This document shows positions 58,884 to 64,000 of a DNA stretch of 64,000 nt, in pieces; position 1 is the first letter of the stretch; the number at the start of each line of letters is the position of its first letter. A model generated the notes under the pieces. The model had not been told where the DNA came from, did not search any database, and saw only the letters and a program-made list of their open reading frames with translations. The stretch spans positions 124,001 to 188,000 of the forward strand of contig NZ_SBIV01000008.1 of NCBI RefSeq assembly GCF_004765795.1, read 5' to 3'. The DNA is from Halorussus marinus (lineage in GTDB: Archaea; Halobacteriota; Halobacteria; Halobacteriales; Haladaptataceae). The translations under genes were made by a program, and so were the position numbers.

Positions 58884-59696
58884 CTACTCGCCGGTCCGGA
58901 ACGACAGGTCCAGCGACGCCGCCGAGTGGGTCAGCGACCCCATCGAGATCACGTCCACGCCGGTGGCCGCGTACTCCCGAACGGCTTCGACGGTGATCCC
59001 ACCGCTCGCCTCGGCGAGAACGCCGTCCGGGAGCGTCTCGACGCTCTCGCGGACCGTCTCGGGGTCCATGTTGTCTAACAGCACGACGTCCGCCCCGGCC
59101 TCGGCGGCCCGGACGGCGTCGTCGGGGGATTCGACCTCGACCTCGATCTTCGTCGCGAACGACTTCTCGGCGCGGAAGTGCGCCACCGCATCCTCCAGCC
59201 CCATCTCGGCGACGTGGTTGTCCTTGACCATCACCAGCCCCGACAGCGTGAGTCGGTGGGTGTCTCCGCCCCCGGCCGCGACCGCGCGCTTCTCCACCCC
59301 GCGGAGGCCGGGCGTGGTCTTGCGGGTGGCCGCGACGGCGACGTCGTCGTTCACCTCGCGGACCGCTTCGACCGCCCGGCGAGTCTTCGTCGCCACCCCC
59401 GAGGCGTGGCCCGCGATGTTGACCGCGACGCGCTCGCCCCGGAGGACCGATTCCGCGGGCCCTTCGACCGCGAGAACCGTCTCTCCCGGTGCGATCCTGT
59501 CGCCGGCTTCCGCGGTCGCTTCGCAGTCCGCGTCGAGGTACTCGAAGACGGCCCCGGCGGCGTCGAGTCCCGCCGCGACGCCGCCCTCCTTCGCGACGAG
59601 GCGACCTGTGGTCTCGCCGGGAACGTGGTTGGTCACGTCGCGGTGGCCCACGTCCTCTCGGAGCCACTCCTCGACCGTCCGGTCAGTCACTCGCAT
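58884..59696 (-). CDS. nadC: nicotinate-nucleotide diphosphorylase (quinolinate phosphoribosyltransferase)
   Basis: TRKTTPGLR..EK, HRL.LS..MVKDNH, EVEVE, LLDNM, EASGGIT. Confidence 0.96.
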   Translation of the reverse strand: MRVTDRTVEEWLREDVGHRDVTNHVPGETTGRLVAKEGGVAAGLDAAGAVFEYLDADCEATAEAGDRIAPGETVLAVEGPAESVLRGERVAVNIAGHASGVATKTRRAVEAVREVNDDVAVAATRKTTPGLRGVEKRAVAAGGGDTHRLTLSGLVMVKDNHVAEMGLEDAVAHFRAEKSFATKIEVEVESPDDAVRAAEAGADVVLLDNMDPETVRESVETLPDGVLAEASGGITVEAVREYAATGVDVISMGSLTHSAASLDLSFRTGE

Positions 59697-61251
59697 TCGC
59701 GGTCACCTCCTCGGCGTCCGCCAGCGCGTGACAGCCAACTGGCTCGGCCGCCATCGCCTCGCGCGCGACGAGGAGCGCGACGACGCTGGCGTTTCTGAGC
59801 TCGTAGAGGCTCCGACTCGTCCGGGTGCGCGTGTAGGCGTCGACCTCACCCTTGAGCCGCCGAAGGACCGCAGTCGCCCGCTCGAGTCCCTCGGGCGTCC
59901 GCCGGAGTCCCACCCGGTCGTCCATCACGCGACGCAGGCGGACGAACTTCTCGCGGGCGAACCCCTCGGGGAGGTCGGGGTCGCTATCGCGGCAGTCCGG
60001 CGCGTCGACGCGGTCGTGGTCGAGGCCGGTCGCCGACTCGTCGGCCGCCGACTCCCCGGCGCGCAGGCCCCAGACCAGCCCCTCCAGCAGGCTCGTCGAG
60101 GCGAGGCGGTTCGCGCCGTGGACGCCGGTCCGGGCACACTCGCCGACCGCGAACAGCCGGTCGAGGTCGGTCCGGCCGCGGTCGTCCACCGCGATCCCGC
60201 CACAGAGGAAGTGCTCGCTCGGTTCGACCGGAATCCCCTCGCGCCAGTCGACGCCCCGGGCCTCGCACTTGGCCGCGAGACCGGGGAACTCCCCGGCGAA
60301 CTCGACGGGCCCCACGTCCAGCGCGACCTCGCCCGTGCGCTCGCGCTCGTCGGCGACGGCGCGGGCGACCACGTCGCGGGGGGCCAGTTCGGCGTCCTCG
60401 TGGTAGTCGGGCATGAAGCGCTCGCCGTCCCCGTTCCAGAGGAGCGCGCCCTCGCCCCGGACCGCCTCGCTGACGAGGAAGGGGTCCTCGCCCGCGTACG
60501 CAGTGGGGTGAAACTGGACGTAGGCCACGTCTTCGACGTCTGCCCCCGCCAGCGCGGCCATCGCGATGCCGTCGCCCGTCGCGGTCGCCGGGTTGGTCGA
60601 GCGCTCGTAGAGCGCGCCGATTCCGCCGGTGGCGAGGACGGTCGCGCCCGCGAAGACCGGGGCCGTCTCGCCGTCGGTCTCCACGACCGCGCCGTGGACC
60701 CGGCCCTCGTCGGCGATCAGGTCGAGCGCGGCGGTGTCCTCTCGCAACGTCACGCGTTCGTGGGCGTCGAGATGATTCAGGAACGGTCCGCGGACGTGCT
60801 TGCCGGTGCTGGCGTCGACGTGCAGGATGCGCTCCTCGGAGTGGGCGGCCTCGCGGGCGTAGTCGAACCCGGCGGAGTCGGACTCGTCCGCCACGCGGTC
60901 GAAGGGCACCTCGAGCGTCTCGACCAGTACGTCCTCGACCGCCTCGCGCGATTCGTCGACCAGCACCGCCACGGCTTCGGGGTCGGCGGTGGCGGCGCTG
61001 GCGGCGAGCACGTCCTGCTCGAACGACTCGGGATCGCTCCGGGCGATGGCGACCCCGCCCTGCGCCCAATGGGTGGTGGTCTCCTCGGGCCGAGTCGCCT
61101 TCGTGACGAGGAGCACGTCCGCACCCTCGCGTGCGGCCGCGAGCGCGGTTGCACAGCCCGCGATACCGCTTCCGACGACGAGGACGTCGGTCTCTGTCGG
61201 AGCGTCGAGTACGTCGGGCTCCGATGGGGTGTGGCGTTCGTGCATCGTCAT
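59683..61251 (-). CDS. nadB: L-aspartate oxidase
   Basis: Start 61251 (ATGA overlap with nadA); VGSGIAG, WAQGGVA, REAAHS, VQFHPT, SEAVRGEG, GVHGANRLASTSLLEG. Confidence 0.95.
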   Translation of the reverse strand: MTMHERHTPSEPDVLDAPTETDVLVVGSGIAGCATALAAAREGADVLLVTKATRPEETTTHWAQGGVAIARSDPESFEQDVLAASAATADPEAVAVLVDESREAVEDVLVETLEVPFDRVADESDSAGFDYAREAAHSEERILHVDASTGKHVRGPFLNHLDAHERVTLREDTAALDLIADEGRVHGAVVETDGETAPVFAGATVLATGGIGALYERSTNPATATGDGIAMAALAGADVEDVAYVQFHPTAYAGEDPFLVSEAVRGEGALLWNGDGERFMPDYHEDAELAPRDVVARAVADERERTGEVALDVGPVEFAGEFPGLAAKCEARGVDWREGIPVEPSEHFLCGGIAVDDRGRTDLDRLFAVGECARTGVHGANRLASTSLLEGLVWGLRAGESAADESATGLDHDRVDAPDCRDSDPDLPEGFAREKFVRLRRVMDDRVGLRRTPEGLERATAVLRRLKGEVDAYTRTRTSRSLYELRNASVVALLVAREAMAAEPVGCHALADAEEVTANASD

Positions 61252-62381
61252 AGCTCCAGCATGCGCTCCATCGCCGCGTTCGCCAGTTTCGCCTCCCGGG
61301 GCGGGACCTCGACGACGTTGCGTTCGCGCCCGGCGACCAGTTCCTCTAGCACCCACGTCAGGTAGTTGGGGTCGATCTGGCGCATCGCGTTGCAGTCCAT
61401 GCAGGCCTCCCCGCAGAGGGGCACGACGTTCACCTCGGGGTGCCACCGCTGGAGGTGGTTCACGAGGTGGATCTCCGTCCCGACGGCCCACGTCTCGCCG
61501 GGGTCGGCCGCCTCGATCGTCCGGGTGATGGTCGACGTCGACCCCGCCACGTCGGCGGCCTCGACGACCTCTCGGCGGCACTCGGGGTGGACGACCACCT
61601 CGGCCTCGGGGTGGTCGTCGCGTATCCGCTCGACGTGGTCGGCCCCGAAGCGCTCGTGGACCTGACAGTAGCCGTCCCAGAGGACGATGTCGGCCGCCGC
61701 GACCTCCGCGGCCGACTTGCCCGCGGGATCCCACGGGTCCCACTCGGCGATCTCGTCGGCCATGCCGAGCCGGTGGGCGGTGTTCTCGCCGAGGTGCTTG
61801 TCGGGCAGGAACAGCACCTTGTCGCCCCTGTCGAGCGCCCACTCGAACACGTCGTGGGCGTTCGAGGAGGTACAGACCGCCCCGCCCTGCTCGGCGCAGA
61901 ACGCCTTCAGGTCGGCGTAGGAGTTCATGTACGTGACCGGGACGATCTCGGCGTCGGGCGCGGCGTCAGTGATCTCGGCCCACGCCGCGTCCACCTGCAG
62001 GGCTTCTGCCATCCCCGCCATCGGACACGACGCCTCCATCGAGGGCAGGAGGACCGTCTGGTCGTCGCCGGTGATGATGTCGGCCGACTCGGCCATGAAC
62101 GTCACGCCCCCGAAGACGACGTACTCGGCGTCGGCCTCGGCCGCCTCGACGCTCAACTGGTAGGAGTCCCCGACGGAGTCGGCGTGCTCGACGATCTCCC
62201 GGCGCTGGTAGTTGTGGCCCAGTATCACGACGTCGTCGCCCAGTTCGGCCTTCGCGGCCGCGATGCGCTCCGTTCGCTCTTCTTCGCTCAACCCCCGATA
62301 CGTTTCGGGTAACTGCTCGACGTCGTCGTATTTGAAGAGGCTCAGTTCCGTTTCGATGTCTGCCGTTTCCATTTTTGGCAC
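61248..62381 (-). CDS. nadA: quinolinate synthase
   Basis: LGHNYQ, GDSYQL, FMAESA, ASCPMA, YMNS, CTSSNA, CQVH, HPEC, CNAM; start GTG 62381 or ATG 62372. Confidence 0.95.
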   Translation of the reverse strand: MPKMETADIETELSLFKYDDVEQLPETYRGLSEEERTERIAAAKAELGDDVVILGHNYQRREIVEHADSVGDSYQLSVEAAEADAEYVVFGGVTFMAESADIITGDDQTVLLPSMEASCPMAGMAEALQVDAAWAEITDAAPDAEIVPVTYMNSYADLKAFCAEQGGAVCTSSNAHDVFEWALDRGDKVLFLPDKHLGENTAHRLGMADEIAEWDPWDPAGKSAAEVAAADIVLWDGYCQVHERFGADHVERIRDDHPEAEVVVHPECRREVVEAADVAGSTSTITRTIEAADPGETWAVGTEIHLVNHLQRWHPEVNVVPLCGEACMDCNAMRQIDPNYLTWVLEELVAGRERNVVEVPPREAKLANAAMERMLEL

Positions 62382-62423
62382 AGTCGTTTGCACCGAGTTC
62401 TCTAGGCATCATAGGACTGTATT

Positions 62424-62435
62424 GAAAATATTTTC
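62424..62435. promoter_or_regulatory. perfect palindrome GAAAATATTTTC upstream of nadABC (candidate operator or promoter overlap)
   Basis: 12-bp AT-rich palindrome about 45 nt upstream of nadA. Confidence 0.45.
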
Positions 62436-62655
62436 TCTTCACAGACGCGGTTCGGAGCTCAAGCAGACTACGAAGAGCGAACAGAGTGAGGAGAGGTCTG
62501 TTTAGGTAGTTTCGAATAGGATTCTCCGAGAGAGCCGCGGAGAAAAGCGCGGCGCGCACGCCTCCGACAGTTACGTCGTCGAAGATTCCGGTATCCGACT
62601 CGCCGCCGCCGACGATTCCGCCGGTCTACCGCCCCTCGTCGATAGTCTCGCGGGT

Positions 62656-64000
62656 TTATCGTCCGTCGTAGACGACCTCGCCGTCGACGACGGTCATCGC
62701 CACGTCGATGTCCTCGATCGTCTCGGGGTGGTCCCACGGGGAGCGCTCAAGCACCGTGAAGTCGGCCCTTTTGCCCGGTTCGACCGTCCCGAGTCGATCC
62801 TCGTCGAAGCCCGCGTACGCCGCCCCGCCGGTGTAGGCCCGGACCGCCTCGGTGACCGAGAGGCGCTGGCAGTCGGCGGGCGCGTTGACGGTCTGGTGGA
62901 TCCCGAGCAGGGGGTCGAGGGGCATACAGTCGCTCCCGAACGCGAGGTTCACGCCGGCTTCGAGCATGTCGGCGTAGCGGTTCGAGCGCTCGCGGCGCTC
63001 GGTGCCGATCCGGTCGTCGTAGAGGCCGCCCTCCCGGGCCCACTTCAGGAAGTTCGGCTGGACCGACGCGACCGCGCCCGAGTCGGCGAACCGATCGAGC
63101 GCGTCGTCGTCGGTGAGTTCGGCGTGCTCGACCCGGTGGCGGGCCTCGCCGGGGTCGTCGGTGTCGTCGTACGCGGCCAGCACCTCTCGGACCGCCTCGT
63201 CGCCGATGGCGTGGGCGGTCAGCTGATAGCCCGCGTCGGCGGCCTCCTCGACGAACGCCCGGAGCGACTCGGGATCGACCACCCACTGACCGGTCTCGCC
63301 GTCGGCGTCGGCGTACGGCTCCGAGAGCTTCGCGGTCCGGCCGCCGAGGCTCCCGTCGGTGAACGTCTTGACGCCCCCGACCGCGACGAACTCCGAGCCG
63401 TGGTTCGTCCGGAGCCCCGTCTCGATCAGGGCGTCGAGGTGGTCCGACCAGTAGTTGAGCCGGACCCGGAGCGACAGGTCGTCGTCGAGATCCATCTCGC
63501 GGTACACCTCCGGAGCCCGCGAGTTCCGGACCATGTCGTGGACGCCCGTCACGCCCTTGCGGTTGGCCTCCCGCTGGGCCGCCTCGAGGAGTTCGCGCAT
63601 CTCCGCGGCGTCCGGTTCGATGGCCTCGTAGACGACGTCGACCGCCTCCTCGACGATGACGCCGGTCGGCTCGCCGCCCTCGGCCTTCACGTCGGCGTCG
63701 GGCATCTCGTCGCCGTACCGGTCGAGCGCGACGGAGTTGACCGCCGCGATGTGCATGTCCTCGCGGAACGCCGCGACCGGCCGCTCCTCGCTCACTCGAT
63801 CGAGATCGGCACGGGTGAGGTATCGGGAGTCGTCCCACGTACTCTCGTCGTAGCCGAACCCGAGGACCCACTCGCGGTCGGTGTCGGCGGCGTCGGCGAC
63901 GCGCTCGACCGCGTCGGCCGGCGAGTCGGCCCCCGAGAGGTCGGCGTAGACCAGCGAGCGACCGAGGTGCTGGAGGTGGGTGTGGGCGTCGATGAACCCC
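62656..64000 (-). CDS. amidohydrolase family 3 (YtcJ-like); 5' end runs off the right edge
   Basis: Frame continues to the edge (GFIDAHTHL); KTFTDGSLGGRTA, HAIGD, HRVEHA, FGSD, GTVEPGKRADF. Confidence 0.92.
   Translation of the reverse strand, partial: GFIDAHTHLQHLGRSLVYADLSGADSPADAVERVADAADTDREWVLGFGYDESTWDDSRYLTRADLDRVSEERPVAAFREDMHIAAVNSVALDRYGDEMPDADVKAEGGEPTGVIVEEAVDVVYEAIEPDAAEMRELLEAAQREANRKGVTGVHDMVRNSRAPEVYREMDLDDDLSLRVRLNYWSDHLDALIETGLRTNHGSEFVAVGGVKTFTDGSLGGRTAKLSEPYADADGETGQWVVDPESLRAFVEEAADAGYQLTAHAIGDEAVREVLAAYDDTDDPGEARHRVEHAELTDDDALDRFADSGAVASVQPNFLKWAREGGLYDDRIGTERRERSNRYADMLEAGVNLAFGSDCMPLDPLLGIHQTVNAPADCQRLSVTEAVRAYTGGAAYAGFDEDRLGTVEPGKRADFTVLERSPWDHPETIEDIDVAMTVVDGEVVYDGR

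Noticed and set aside
60862..60903. Small palindrome flanked by GTCGAA repeats in nadB, as a second insertion element
   Set aside because: The repeats are simply two Phe-Asp dipeptides around a short loop, and the palindrome is weak and expected by chance at this GC content.
62395..62650. Known NAD+ riboswitch upstream of nadA
   Set aside because: I could not match a recognised consensus by eye. Only the palindrome is retained.
1..64000. CRISPR arrays, IS transposases, rRNA genes
   Set aside because: No regularly spaced repeats, transposase motifs or rRNA-like sequence were found.

Overview
GC-rich chromosomal segment of a halophilic archaeon (class Halobacteria), judged from the acidic proteome, mostly leaderless genes with TATA boxes about 25 nt upstream, sensory rhodopsin II/HtrII, pelota, SBDS and deoxyhypusine synthase. 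It holds about 60 protein genes and one tRNA-Ile(GAU). Main themes are phosphate metabolism (ppk1), two ABC exporters, a photolyase/cryptochrome pair, purine salvage, an Lhr helicase, ribosome-rescue and translation genes (pelA, rqcH, elp3, a GGQ-containing aRF1 paralogue, dhs, SBDS, hflX), oxidative-stress genes (msrB, Mn catalase), a lactonase plus hydroxyacid-oxoacid transhydrogenase operon, and NAD metabolism (nnrDE, nadABC). I saw no transposase, integrase or CRISPR array. The most notable sub-gene structures are: (1) a 57-bp in-frame double-hairpin insertion with a 5-bp direct repeat inside nnrDE; (2) a leaderless 15-codon uORF whose UGA sits at a possible +1 frameshift into the gene coupled to hflX; (3) a near-perfect 111-bp duplication of the elp3 3' end; (4) several unannotated microproteins and orphan promoters that may drive sRNAs. 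All family assignments come from motif recognition by eye; no database search was run.
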